From positions 4,584 through 68,583 of the forward strand of contig CAZCYD010000001.1 of NCBI GenBank assembly GCA_964502735.1: 64,000 nucleotides of DNA, written 5' to 3'. Below are positions 1-8,889 of the stretch, piece by piece. Each line of letters opens with the position of its first letter. Within the stretch, counting starts at the first letter, position 1. This DNA is from an uncultured Pseudobdellovibrionaceae bacterium. GTDB lineage: Bacteria; Bdellovibrionota; Bdellovibrionia; Bdellovibrionales; UBA1609. A program made the position numbers and the translations under genes. The notes under the pieces were generated by a model. It was given only the letters and a program-made list of their open reading frames with translations. It was not told where the DNA came from and made no database searches.

Positions 1-864
1 TACTAAACGAATTGTGTCAGAGTGTCGAGACGCCCATGAACAGTTCACACAGTCTTTAGCTTCGGTTTCTTCTTCCGAAGCTACAAAAGTTCCATCCTCT
101 ATCTCTTCCTTAATGTCCCTACGACGATCACTAAGGTCTCTCTTTAAGTCTTTAATTCTTTCTTTTAAATTTTCTATCTCATTTTGAGCTGTTCTAAAGT
201 CCGCAGCGTCTTTAGAGAAATTATTAATCCAATTCTTACATCTTTGCTGATTAATTTTAGGCAGTGCTGGAGTCGTGCTACATATCGCATCGTTCACAAA
301 TCCATCTCTCATATTTTTAATATATTTATTTGTCCATTCATCTCGAACCCCAGTATAGCCACCAGCACCATTCTCTACACAACCCATGCTGGCTTTTTCA
401 GACACCGTAGGCGCTCCATTCATTAAACAAGCCCCCTCATTAACACAAAATTCACCACTTAATCCATGTGGGTTGCTTCCCTGGCAGGCCGGACTTATAA
501 CTGAGTAATCACCGCCCCTATAATCAAGTTCACTGTTCCCATTTTCGATATGGTCAACGACTTGACTAGCGGCATAGGGCTTTAAATATCTATCTGAATC
601 TTTTTTGTAATCACGAATACGCCTTTTTAGACGATCACGCTCTCTAGAATAAGCCTGCAGTTCTTTTTGAGCCTCTTTTAATTCATTCTGAATTTCGCGA
701 TATTCATAATCTTTATCATACATGGCAGATGCGGGCTGAGGGCCGTATCCGCAATTGTCAGCTCCAGGAGCTATTCCATGGCCATATATTTGGCTAGCGT
801 AGGCTAACGCAGATTCACTCATAAAAAACATGGGAATTACTGAGACTAAAAATAAATATCGCAT
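1..864 (-). CDS. Secreted Cys-containing coiled-coil protein of unknown function (C-terminal end runs off the window)
   Basis: Absent from the ORF track because it has no stop in the window. Minus-strand triplets from ATG (864-862) down to base 1 give 288 sense codons with no stop. AGGAG (878-874) lies 9 nt upstream. The N-terminus MRYLFLVSVIPMFFMSESALAYA is signal-peptide-like. There are charged heptad-like stretches (EIQNELKEAQKELQAYSRERDRLKRRIRDYKK) and a Cys-rich middle part. Confidence 0.6.
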   Translation of the reverse strand, partial: MRYLFLVSVIPMFFMSESALAYASQIYGHGIAPGADNCGYGPQPASAMYDKDYEYREIQNELKEAQKELQAYSRERDRLKRRIRDYKKDSDRYLKPYAASQVVDHIENGNSELDYRGGDYSVISPACQGSNPHGLSGEFCVNEGACLMNGAPTVSEKASMGCVENGAGGYTGVRDEWTNKYIKNMRDGFVNDAICSTTPALPKINQQRCKNWINNFSKDAADFRTAQNEIENLKERIKDLKRDLSDRRRDIKEEIEDGTFVASEEETEAKDCVNCSWASRHSDTIRLV

Positions 865-1006
865 GAAAGAATTCTCCTAAGTTATACACTTTCTGCTCAA
901 CATGTTTTCGTCATAAAAAGCTACAGACTTGACCTTTAGAAGCTAATCATGACTATCGTCCAGGGAAGTCCAACAAAAATGTTTATCTCCCCAAATGAAA
1001 ATCAAG

Positions 1007-1040
1007 CCCAGCCCAGCCTAGCCTAGCCAACCCAATCCCC
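1007..1040. repeat. Degenerate pentanucleotide tract (AGCCN)n, C-rich on plus and G-rich on minus
   Basis: The sequence reads gccca gccca gccta gccta gccaa cccaa tcccc. It lies in the divergent intergenic region between the minus ORF starting at 864 and the plus gene starting at 1353. Confidence 0.6.
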
Positions 1041-1352
1041 GGACCAGTCAAGCTGTAAAACCATAAAAAGCAAAGTCATAAAAAGAATACAAATTTAAGA
1101 CAGCTGCCTTCAAAATGGTGGCCCCTTGAAACTTTCTTCCCTAAGTACAAGATTAACTGAGCACAAACTAATTTACTAGTGTCGTCCACGAAATGGTTCT
1201 ACACCTAGACGTAGGAAAGTTAGATCAACAAAAATAAAGAATAATTTGTGCCTTAAATAGAAGTGGATTCACTAGACTTACTTCTACAGCTCTATATTTT
1301 GTGCAAGACTTCCTCAGTTGTTAAATTTGAACTGTAGAAGTATGCTTTCTAC

Positions 1353-2459
1353 ATGAAACAAAAAATGATGTATGAAATACTTTTGGTCGATGACGAGTCC
1401 GATAATGTAGAGGCACTGGGAAGATTATTCAGAAAAGATTATATTGTTCACAAAGCTCTATCAGGAATTGAGGCCCTAAAAATTTTAGAAAATCACCCCC
1501 AAATATCTCTCATATTAACTGATCAAAGAATGCCTGAGATGACAGGAGTGGAACTCTTAAAAAAATCAATAAAAACACATCCTCACTCTTTTCGAATTCT
1601 TCTAACTGGGTACACGGATATTGAGTCCATTGTAGAATCGATAAATTCAGGAGAAGTCTACAGATATTTAAGTAAACCTTGGGACCCTATTGATTTAAAA
1701 AATACAATTGATAAAGCTGTTGAAAAATTTCGACTGAGAAAAGAGCTAGTTGAAAAAAATGCACAACTTGAGTTAGCATTAGGAGAACTCAAAACCTTAG
1801 ATCAAGCCAAAACAAATTTTATGATTCTTATCAATCATGAGTTGAAAACTCCACTTACTATTATCAGCAGTTTTTTAGATTTACTCAAAGAATCTGACTT
1901 AAATGATGAACAAAAGCTTTATGTCGACAGAATTGATAAAAGCCGTCTACGACTTCATCAAATGGTGGAAGCCTCTATGGATCTCATTTCTGCAGAAACT
2001 GGCAAAGTGACCATACAAAAAAAATCTATCAAAACCAGGAAAGTCGCTGATGAAATTTTTGAAGAATTTCAAAATCTAAAAAATCATGAAAAATATGAAC
2101 TCCTATCTGATATTACTGAGGGATCAGTAAAAATTGACATAGCGATTGTCAAAAAAGTTGCGAATCGACTTCTTGACAATGCGATTAAATTTACACCGGA
2201 TTCAAAAAAAATTGAATTAAATATTCAAAACATAGAAGGAACACTTCATCTTCTTGTAAAAAACCAAGGCCCACATCTAAACAAAGAAACCATAAATAAA
2301 ATACTAAAGCCATTTTCCATAGATGGAAATATAATGAACCACTCACAAGGGCTAGGCTTAGGCTTAAACGTCTGCCAAGCTCTTCTCAAGGCACATGGGA
2401 GCCAACTTAACCTAGAATCCACAAATGGAACTATCACAGCCTCATTTCCTTTGATATAA
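1353..2459 (+). CDS. Hybrid response-regulator receiver / histidine kinase (REC-HisKA-HATPase_c)
   Basis: N-terminal REC motifs are present (LLVDDE, ILTDQRMPEMTG, SKPW). The H-box is INHELKTPLT. The C-terminal ATPase has N/G boxes (LDNAIKFT, GLGLGLNVCQ). Confidence 0.9.
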   Translation: MKQKMMYEILLVDDESDNVEALGRLFRKDYIVHKALSGIEALKILENHPQISLILTDQRMPEMTGVELLKKSIKTHPHSFRILLTGYTDIESIVESINSGEVYRYLSKPWDPIDLKNTIDKAVEKFRLRKELVEKNAQLELALGELKTLDQAKTNFMILINHELKTPLTIISSFLDLLKESDLNDEQKLYVDRIDKSRLRLHQMVEASMDLISAETGKVTIQKKSIKTRKVADEIFEEFQNLKNHEKYELLSDITEGSVKIDIAIVKKVANRLLDNAIKFTPDSKKIELNIQNIEGTLHLLVKNQGPHLNKETINKILKPFSIDGNIMNHSQGLGLGLNVCQALLKAHGSQLNLESTNGTITASFPLI

Positions 2460-2625
2460 AAAGCCTTGTAAAAACTAAACAGAACCTCAGCTTCTTGAGG
2501 TAAACTCAACAACGAAACTGATCAGATACTATCTTGCGAATAGAATCCGTAAAATTATTAGTTCATAAAAAATAGACAAATCCGGACAATGTACGGACAC
2601 CTAAATGTCTATATAGAAATTAAAT

Positions 2626-3957
2626 TTGATTTTCCAAAACTTTTCTATTTGCATATTAAAATTCAATATGCTCATAAAACTTCTTTTTTTTCTTCTTCTA
2701 TATACACCACTACAGGCTTCCACTCTCATTATTGGTATTGGTGAATCTGTATTTATTGATACACACTCAAAGTATCCCGTAGAACTTGGTCACCGTAATA
2801 TTATTGTGGCTGAGGATTTAGGAACTAAAATAAAAATTACAGGAAAGCAATTAGGACGTTCTTATATTCAATTACCATCAAAAAGAATACCGGTTAGTGT
2901 TGTACATAAAGACTTTGTTGATCTACAAAAAAATCTCTCTCAACTTGTTAGTCAATTCCAAGGCCTAACCTTTGTCTCTCAAAAAAACTCCTGCTCTATT
3001 AACGGAGAGCTTTTATCAGTCCAAGATTGGGAGGATATCTATAAGTTACAAAAACAGTATCCTGTGAATTGCTCCTTTGAGGCTTCAATCCATCCGTTAA
3101 TAAGAACATCTGTAAAAAACAAACTGTCTAGATATCTAGATGAAAATCACTTATCAAGTGCTAATATTCAAATAACAGAAACGATGAAAATTCAGATTGC
3201 CAAGTTAACAAAAAAACAGACAAAAAAAGCCCAAGAAGACTTAAAACCATGGGGTTTGCACATTCATGTTATGGAAACCGTACTTCCGCGTCCAGACCTA
3301 GTTCAAGTTAAATTGCTTCTTGCAGAAGTTAGCAAATCACATTCACAAAGTCTGGGACTTAACTGGAGCCAGAACTTTCAAGCAAATATTTTACCTGGAA
3401 ACCATGTAATGGGAAACTGGTTAGTCACACTCAATAGCTTAGAGCTAGACGGAAATGGACAAATTTTAGCCTCGCCCTCCCTAGTTGCCGAAAGTGGTGG
3501 ACAAGCTGAGTTTTTAGCGGGAGGTGAGTTCCCGATCAGAAATCGTGGGTATATCAATAGCAATATTTCTTGGAAAAAGCATGGGTTATCATTTAAAATC
3601 AAACCACGAGTTGATTCCAGCCTCAGAATTTTCTTAAGCATTGAAACAGAAGTTTCAATGCTAGACTCGCAAAGTGCTGTTGATGGAATTCCTGGTTTGA
3701 AAGTGAGTCGGCTCCATTCACAATTTAATCTTAACGATGGACAAACCGTAATACTGTCTGGATTAATTCAACAAAGATACGGACTTGCCCATGAAAGCCT
3801 CCCTTTGCTCAAATCTATTCCTATTTTGGGCTCTCTTTTTTCGAGTCGGGACTACCAACAAGAAAAGTCAGATTTGGTAATTTTTGTCCAACCCTTAATT
3901 TTAAAGGAAAATACCTCTGTTGATTTTCCGAAAAGTGAGCTACTACATGACCGCTGA
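2626..3957 (+). CDS. cpaC: Flp/Tad-type pilus secretin (CpaC/RcpA family)
   Basis: The secretin C-domain motifs are present (GGQAEFLAGGEFPIR, GQTVILSGLI, PLLKSIPILGSLF, DLVIFVQPLIL). The N-terminal part is T2SS/pilus N-domain-like. The track start at 2626 is TTG. ATG at 2668 (MLIKLLFFLLLYTPLQAS signal peptide) is the more likely start. Confidence 0.85.
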   Translation: MIFQNFSICILKFNMLIKLLFFLLLYTPLQASTLIIGIGESVFIDTHSKYPVELGHRNIIVAEDLGTKIKITGKQLGRSYIQLPSKRIPVSVVHKDFVDLQKNLSQLVSQFQGLTFVSQKNSCSINGELLSVQDWEDIYKLQKQYPVNCSFEASIHPLIRTSVKNKLSRYLDENHLSSANIQITETMKIQIAKLTKKQTKKAQEDLKPWGLHIHVMETVLPRPDLVQVKLLLAEVSKSHSQSLGLNWSQNFQANILPGNHVMGNWLVTLNSLELDGNGQILASPSLVAESGGQAEFLAGGEFPIRNRGYINSNISWKKHGLSFKIKPRVDSSLRIFLSIETEVSMLDSQSAVDGIPGLKVSRLHSQFNLNDGQTVILSGLIQQRYGLAHESLPLLKSIPILGSLFSSRDYQQEKSDLVIFVQPLILKENTSVDFPKSELLHDR

Positions 3958-4870
3958 AGATCATCCCCTCAATTCTCTGTTTGAGGATCACGAAGTTTCA
4001 GAAATAGTTGTAAATTCAACTTCCGTTATTTACTACGAAAAGGATGGAAAGTTCTATAAACACACTAATAGCTTTAAAAGCCCGCAAGATTACAAATTGT
4101 TCTTACATAAGCTCTGTCAAGCCACCAAAATGCAATACGATATTAACACCCCATTTGCCGATGGTTATCTCCACCCCTTTCGAATACATTTAGTAGCTCC
4201 ACCTCTAAGTAAAAATACCCTTTTAACTATTCGCCGCCTCAAGACAATCCCTTGGACATTAGATGATTTAAAGTCTAGCGATTGGGCTGATGATGAGCAA
4301 CTTCATTTTCTGAGAAATCTAATACTTACTAAAAAAAATATTCTTGTTATCGGACCGACAGGGTCTGGAAAAACATCATGTATAAGTGCACTACTTAGAG
4401 TCATTCCAATCACTGAAAGAGTTGTCATTATTGAAGATACTGAAGAACTCGTAGTACCGAATGAACTCAGCGTAAAACTACTCACAAGAGTCGATCTAAA
4501 TGGTCACCTTAAGACCTTTACTCAAGAAGATCTTATAAAGCAATCCCTACGGATGAGACCACACAGACTTGTAATTGGAGAGGTTCGAGGAAGAGAGTCC
4601 AAAGACCTCTTACTCGCGCTTTCGACAGGACATCCTGGCAGCCTGTGTTCATTACACGCGGATGATCCCCACCAGGCCCTTTTGCGCCTAGAGATGCTAG
4701 TTAAAATGGGGGCTCCGGAATGGGAGATTCAATCCATTCGTAGACTTATATACTTGTCAATGCACTACATTGTAACTTTAGGTTTTAAAAATGAAAAAAG
4801 ATCTCTTATTAACGTGCATAAAATTGCTGGATTAGAATCCAATGGTCTCAACATTAGCAAAATCTATTAA
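3947..4870 (+). CDS. cpaF: CpaF/TadA/VirB11-like type II/IV secretion ATPase (short form)
   Basis: Walker A is GPTGSGKTS. Asp box and Walker B region is VVIIEDTEEL. RMRPHRLVIGEVRG and His-box-like GHPGSLCSLHA are also present. ATG at 3947 overlaps the secretin stop (3955-3957) by 11 nt. Confidence 0.85.
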   Translation: MTAEDHPLNSLFEDHEVSEIVVNSTSVIYYEKDGKFYKHTNSFKSPQDYKLFLHKLCQATKMQYDINTPFADGYLHPFRIHLVAPPLSKNTLLTIRRLKTIPWTLDDLKSSDWADDEQLHFLRNLILTKKNILVIGPTGSGKTSCISALLRVIPITERVVIIEDTEELVVPNELSVKLLTRVDLNGHLKTFTQEDLIKQSLRMRPHRLVIGEVRGRESKDLLLALSTGHPGSLCSLHADDPHQALLRLEMLVKMGAPEWEIQSIRRLIYLSMHYIVTLGFKNEKRSLINVHKIAGLESNGLNISKIY

Positions 4871-4875
4871 TGATA

Positions 4876-5313
4876 TTACACCATAACGTCAATATATCTT
4901 CCTATATCAGGAACATCCATATCTAAAGGCTTCTCATTTTCAAAGTTGATGACACCCACGTCGTCAAATGGAATAGCAACTGTTGGTGGAGTATCTGGAA
5001 CAAAAGTTTGATCGTACAGAATTTCTGACACCAGATCCTTTTCTTTATTAATCTGAACTTGGGACTTGAAGAACTCATCTGCCATCTTTTGGATTTCACG
5101 TGCTTGTTTTTGATCTTTTGATCTTGCCTCAGAAATTTCATTGTGCTGCTGAAGCGCTCTGTGGGCCGAACGAGTTATCGAGTTGCTCATCAGATTTGAC
5201 TCCCCTAAGGGTCTTCCAAAACTAGGAGCCCCTGGTCTTGCCGCACCAGATTCTTTTAAATCAACAGAGGTCAAGCGAGAAGAACTCGGTAGGATTCCAC
5301 TAATCTTTTGCAC
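4876..5313 (-). CDS. Hypothetical small protein, candidate FliA (sigma-28) regulon member
   Basis: Open frame 4876..5343. GTG at 5313 has GGAGG (5324-5320) 6 nt upstream, whereas the ATG at 5343 has no RBS. A sigma-28-like promoter lies just upstream. I recognise no family. Confidence 0.55.
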   Translation of the reverse strand: MQKISGILPSSSRLTSVDLKESGAARPGAPSFGRPLGESNLMSNSITRSAHRALQQHNEISEARSKDQKQAREIQKMADEFFKSQVQINKEKDLVSEILYDQTFVPDTPPTVAIPFDDVGVINFENEKPLDMDVPDIGRYIDVMV

Positions 5314-5363
5314 AATACACCTCCATGTGTATAGACTTACCAACTTTGATCTGTCTACTCCTC

Positions 5364-5390
5364 TTATCGGTCCCTTGTTTCAAAACTATA
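5364..5390 (-). promoter_or_regulatory. Sigma-28 (FliA)-type promoter
   Basis: The minus strand reads TATAGTTT-N11-ACCGATAA. The enterobacterial consensus is TAAAGTTT-N11-GCCGATAA. Each block matches 7 of 8 positions and the spacing is exact. The -10 block ends about 50 nt upstream of the GTG at 5313. Confidence 0.6.
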
Positions 5391-5448
5391 CAGGACTATG
5401 GACCAAATTCTTCGCTTTCTCTAGAACATCACTGTAAAGGGAGTACTT

Positions 5449-5584
5449 ATACCAATTCCAAGAAATAATTGTCTAAAATCTTATGAATGCACCTCACGCG
5501 CAGTTCCGCAGCCTCAAGGCTGCGGCTGTGTGAGCATGAGGTGCATTCATAAGATTTTAGACAATTATTTCTTGGAATTGGTAT
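5449..5584. repeat. 136-bp palindromic element: perfect 48-bp inverted arms around a 40-nt core with its own 8-bp hairpin
   Basis: Arms 5449-5496 and 5537-5584 are exact reverse complements, checked base by base. The core holds ccgcagcc-tcaa-ggctgcgg (5506-5525). The element sits between the aspS stop (5611) and the sigma-28 promoter. Confidence 0.95.
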
Positions 5585-5610
5585 TACGTTTGAGTCATCT
5601 ATGATTTGAC

Positions 5611-7401
5611 CTACGGCTTGACGGCTTCAGTAAGTCTAAGACCTAACTCTAATAGTTGAGTTCTGTCGACTTGGCTAGGGGCTTCAGACATCATACACGA
5701 AGCTTTTGTTGTCTTTGGAAAAGCAATGACATCTCTTATGGCATCTGTACCACACAAAATCATTATTAAGCGATCAAATCCCCAAGCTATTCCTCCATGA
5801 GGAGGAGTTCCATAAGATAAGGCCTCGTTAAAAAATCCAAATTTCTGCTGAACTTCCTCTTCTGAAAAACCTAAAGCCTGAAAAATAACCTGCTGGACTC
5901 GCTGCTGGTGAATTCTTATACTCCCACCACATATTTCATTTCCATTGCAAACGAGATCATAGGCCTTAGCTTTTATTTTTGCATATTGACTGGACTCGCC
6001 ATTTTCAAGAATAGAAAGATACTCATCTTTTGGTGCTGTAAAGGGATGGTGAACGGCGACCCACCTAGAATCCTCAGCCGAGTATTCTAAAAGCGGAAAA
6101 TCTGTTACCCACAGAAATTTATCTTCAGATTTATTTATAGCATCCATTTCATTAGCAAGATAAGTCCTGAGGTGGCCTAATGCTGTACAAGCTATGTAAA
6201 AATTATCGGCAACGATAAGTGCGCCACCATGATCTTCTCCACCCAAATAACTAAAAATTTCTTGTAATTTCTCCTCGCTAAAAAACTTGGATATTGGAGA
6301 TTGAAGCTGACCCTTATCGTCTTTTTTTATCCACACTAAACCTTTGGCACCCATTTGTTTAACTAGATGAGTTAATTTATCAAGTTGAGCACGAGAGTAG
6401 TTACCCAAACTGGGAATGGCTATACCTTTTATGCTATCCCCTCTGGCGATTACATCATCAAACACCTTAAAGCCACAATTTTCCAAAATAGGATTGAGAT
6501 CTTTTAACTCCCAAGAAATTCTAAGATCGGGACGGTCTGATCCAAACCGGCTCATCGCATCGTCATAAGACATCACAGGCACAGGACCAATCGTAACACC
6601 TTTAAATTTTTTCCAGATTTCGCCTAATAGCTTTTCCGTCATACTCATAACGTCATCTTGGTCTACAAAGCTCATTTCAATATCAATTTGACTAAACTCA
6701 GGCTGTCTATCTGCGCGCAAGTCTTCGTCGCGAAAACAACGAGCCAATTGAAAATACCGATCAAACCCACTAATCATCAACAACTGCTTAAGAGTTTGAG
6801 GGCTCTGAGGTAAAGCGTAAAAGTTGCCGGGATGAACACGCGAAGGCACTAAATAATCTCGGGCCCCTTCAGGAGTACTTTTATAAAGTATTGGGGTTTC
6901 AACTTCCCAAAATCCATTGTCAGTTAGAACTTTCCTAACCAGCTGCATAGCCTCGTGGCGGAGACGCAAATAGTTTTGAGTCTTAAGCGAACGTAATTCC
7001 AGATACCTATATTTTAATCTCAAGTTTTCACTTACTTTTTCATCATCAATCTGAAATGGAGGCGTGTTGGCTTCCGACAAAATAGAGAATTCAACTACTT
7101 CTACTTCAATTTCTCCTGTTTTGAGATTTTTATTAACCATTCCCGCAGGACGAGCTTTAACATTTCCCCTTAAAGCCACGACGTATTCACCGCGAACAGT
7201 CTTAGCCAACTCACAGTCAGATTTGTTGGGGTCAATTACGACCTGAACAAGCCCCGTCCGATCTCGCAGGTCCAAAAAAACAAGGCCACCATGATCTCTT
7301 CGACCGTTCACCCATCCCATCAAAACAACATCTTTACCCTGGTCGTTCGCGACCAACTCGCCGCAATAATGACTTCTTTTTACATTTTTTACAAACTGCA
7401 T
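5611..7401 (-). CDS. aspS: Aspartate--tRNA ligase
   Basis: 596 aa. Class II aaRS motifs are present (FRDEDLRADRQPEF, GGSIRIH, GLDRLIM-like GFDRLIMIL). The N-terminal OB fold and overall layout are typical of bacterial AspRS. Confidence 0.97.
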   Translation of the reverse strand: MQFVKNVKRSHYCGELVANDQGKDVVLMGWVNGRRDHGGLVFLDLRDRTGLVQVVIDPNKSDCELAKTVRGEYVVALRGNVKARPAGMVNKNLKTGEIEVEVVEFSILSEANTPPFQIDDEKVSENLRLKYRYLELRSLKTQNYLRLRHEAMQLVRKVLTDNGFWEVETPILYKSTPEGARDYLVPSRVHPGNFYALPQSPQTLKQLLMISGFDRYFQLARCFRDEDLRADRQPEFSQIDIEMSFVDQDDVMSMTEKLLGEIWKKFKGVTIGPVPVMSYDDAMSRFGSDRPDLRISWELKDLNPILENCGFKVFDDVIARGDSIKGIAIPSLGNYSRAQLDKLTHLVKQMGAKGLVWIKKDDKGQLQSPISKFFSEEKLQEIFSYLGGEDHGGALIVADNFYIACTALGHLRTYLANEMDAINKSEDKFLWVTDFPLLEYSAEDSRWVAVHHPFTAPKDEYLSILENGESSQYAKIKAKAYDLVCNGNEICGGSIRIHQQRVQQVIFQALGFSEEEVQQKFGFFNEALSYGTPPHGGIAWGFDRLIMILCGTDAIRDVIAFPKTTKASCMMSEAPSQVDRTQLLELGLRLTEAVKP

Positions 7402-7495
7402 AAATTCCTTTAAACTGTGGCTTGGCTAAATTTTTATAATAATTCTTATAATATGAGGAAGTTGGAACCTCCACACTCCTCTCAATCTATATCTC

Positions 7496-7837
7496 ATGGA
7501 CAAGTCGACTGTAAAGGTCTATGTTCTCGATATGCCTAAAGTAATAGTAAAAAAAGAAACAACCCTATTGGCCACTGAAACCTTTAATAAAATTAGCAAA
7601 ATGCTAGAAGAAGACGCTCAGCTGCGAAAGCTGGACCCCAAGTACTCCTGTAATTTTGATGCGGACTCTTTGTCTGGAACAGCTAACGGAAGTCAATTTA
7701 AAGCTAATATGACAGTAAAAAACTCAAAAGAAGGATCTTCGGTAGAAATAATTGTAGATCTCCCCTTTCATCTCGCTCTAGCGAAAGGTGTAGTGGAAAA
7801 AACTTTAAGAAAAAAAATGGATGAAGCCCTTGGGTAA
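7496..7837 (+). CDS. Small hypothetical protein, possibly polyhydroxyalkanoic-acid-system (PHA_gran_rgn)-like
   Basis: 113 aa. The layout (SG.ANGS...V.L.LPFHLALAKGVVEKTLRKKMDEAL) resembles that small family. The assignment is from memory only. Confidence 0.4.
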   Translation: MDKSTVKVYVLDMPKVIVKKETTLLATETFNKISKMLEEDAQLRKLDPKYSCNFDADSLSGTANGSQFKANMTVKNSKEGSSVEIIVDLPFHLALAKGVVEKTLRKKMDEALG

Positions 7838-7913
7838 TGGTGAGTTAGATCAATAACCCAAACTAAGTAAGACTAGACTAGACAACACAAAATAGATAAA
7901 GAAAAAGAGTTTA

Positions 7914-8861
7914 ATGACCAAAAAAGAACAAAAAGCCTTATCTACCAAACAAGACCGGGAAAAGGAGAGTTCGGTTCTCCACCCTGTTAAATCTGAGGCT
8001 ACTCGTAGTGTCTCGCAAGAAGATGAAACCTCAGCCCTAACTTCAACGGACCCGGTTTCAAAATATTTATCTGAAATAAGAAAGTACCCCCTTCTCAGTC
8101 GAGAAGAAGAAGAAATGTGGGCCAAGAAATATCACGACACCAAAGACCCCAAAGCCGCAGAAGTTCTTGTGACATCCAATCTCAGATTCGTGGTCAAAAT
8201 TGCGGCAGAGTACTCCAAATTTGGAGCCAAAATGATTGACCTCATTCAAGAAGGCAATGTTGGACTTATGCACGCTGTAAGGGAGTACAATCCCTACAAG
8301 GGCGTAAAACTTATAAGCTATGCTGTGTGGTGGATTCGTGGTTATATTCAAGATTACTTAATGAAACAATACTCTCTGGTCAGAATTGGAACCACACAAA
8401 ACCAAAGAAAACTTTTTTATCAACTTCAGAAACAAAGGCGAGAACTTGAAAATCTGGGCTACGAAGCCGGCATCAAGCAACTAAGTGGGAAGTTAGATAT
8501 TCCCGAAGAAGAAGTAAAAATCATGTCTCAGAGGATGTCCGGTCGAGACATCAGCCTGGATCAACCTATTAGCGAGGATAATACCAATACACTAATTGAC
8601 CTTCAAAGCGATCAGTACGAAGTTGCAATAGACGAGGAGCTTGGCCTCACTGAAGAGCTTCATCTGCTAACGGAGAACATAAATAGAATTCGGCCTCACC
8701 TGAGTCAGAAAGAAGTCTTTCTATTAGAAAATCGCATTCTGTCTGATGAGCCCTTAACTCTCCAAGAAGTTGGAGATAAATATGGAATTACACGAGAGGC
8801 AGTTAGGCAAATGGAAAACCGCCTAATCAATAAAATTAAAAAGGAAATGCTCTCAAGCTAA
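7914..8861 (+). CDS. rpoH: RNA polymerase sigma-32 (RpoH-type) factor with an N-terminal extension
   Basis: Region 2 reads NLRFVVKIA...DLIQEGNVGLMHAVREYNP. An RpoH-box-like segment TTQNQRKLFYQLQK is present. The region 4 HTH is LQEVGDKYGITREAVRQMENR. Confidence 0.85.
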   Translation: MTKKEQKALSTKQDREKESSVLHPVKSEATRSVSQEDETSALTSTDPVSKYLSEIRKYPLLSREEEEMWAKKYHDTKDPKAAEVLVTSNLRFVVKIAAEYSKFGAKMIDLIQEGNVGLMHAVREYNPYKGVKLISYAVWWIRGYIQDYLMKQYSLVRIGTTQNQRKLFYQLQKQRRELENLGYEAGIKQLSGKLDIPEEEVKIMSQRMSGRDISLDQPISEDNTNTLIDLQSDQYEVAIDEELGLTEELHLLTENINRIRPHLSQKEVFLLENRILSDEPLTLQEVGDKYGITREAVRQMENRLINKIKKEMLSS

Positions 8862-8889
8862 CCTTATCGCTGGCTATCAACACTCAATT

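Noticed and set aside
184-426. 80-aa plus-strand ORF from the track
   Set aside because: It lies antisense within the much longer, better-supported minus-strand secreted-protein ORF (1..864).
5449-5584. Each palindrome arm read outward encodes the same peptide start MRCIHKILDNYFLELV
   Set aside because: This is an automatic consequence of the symmetry. There is no RBS and the reading frames are very short.
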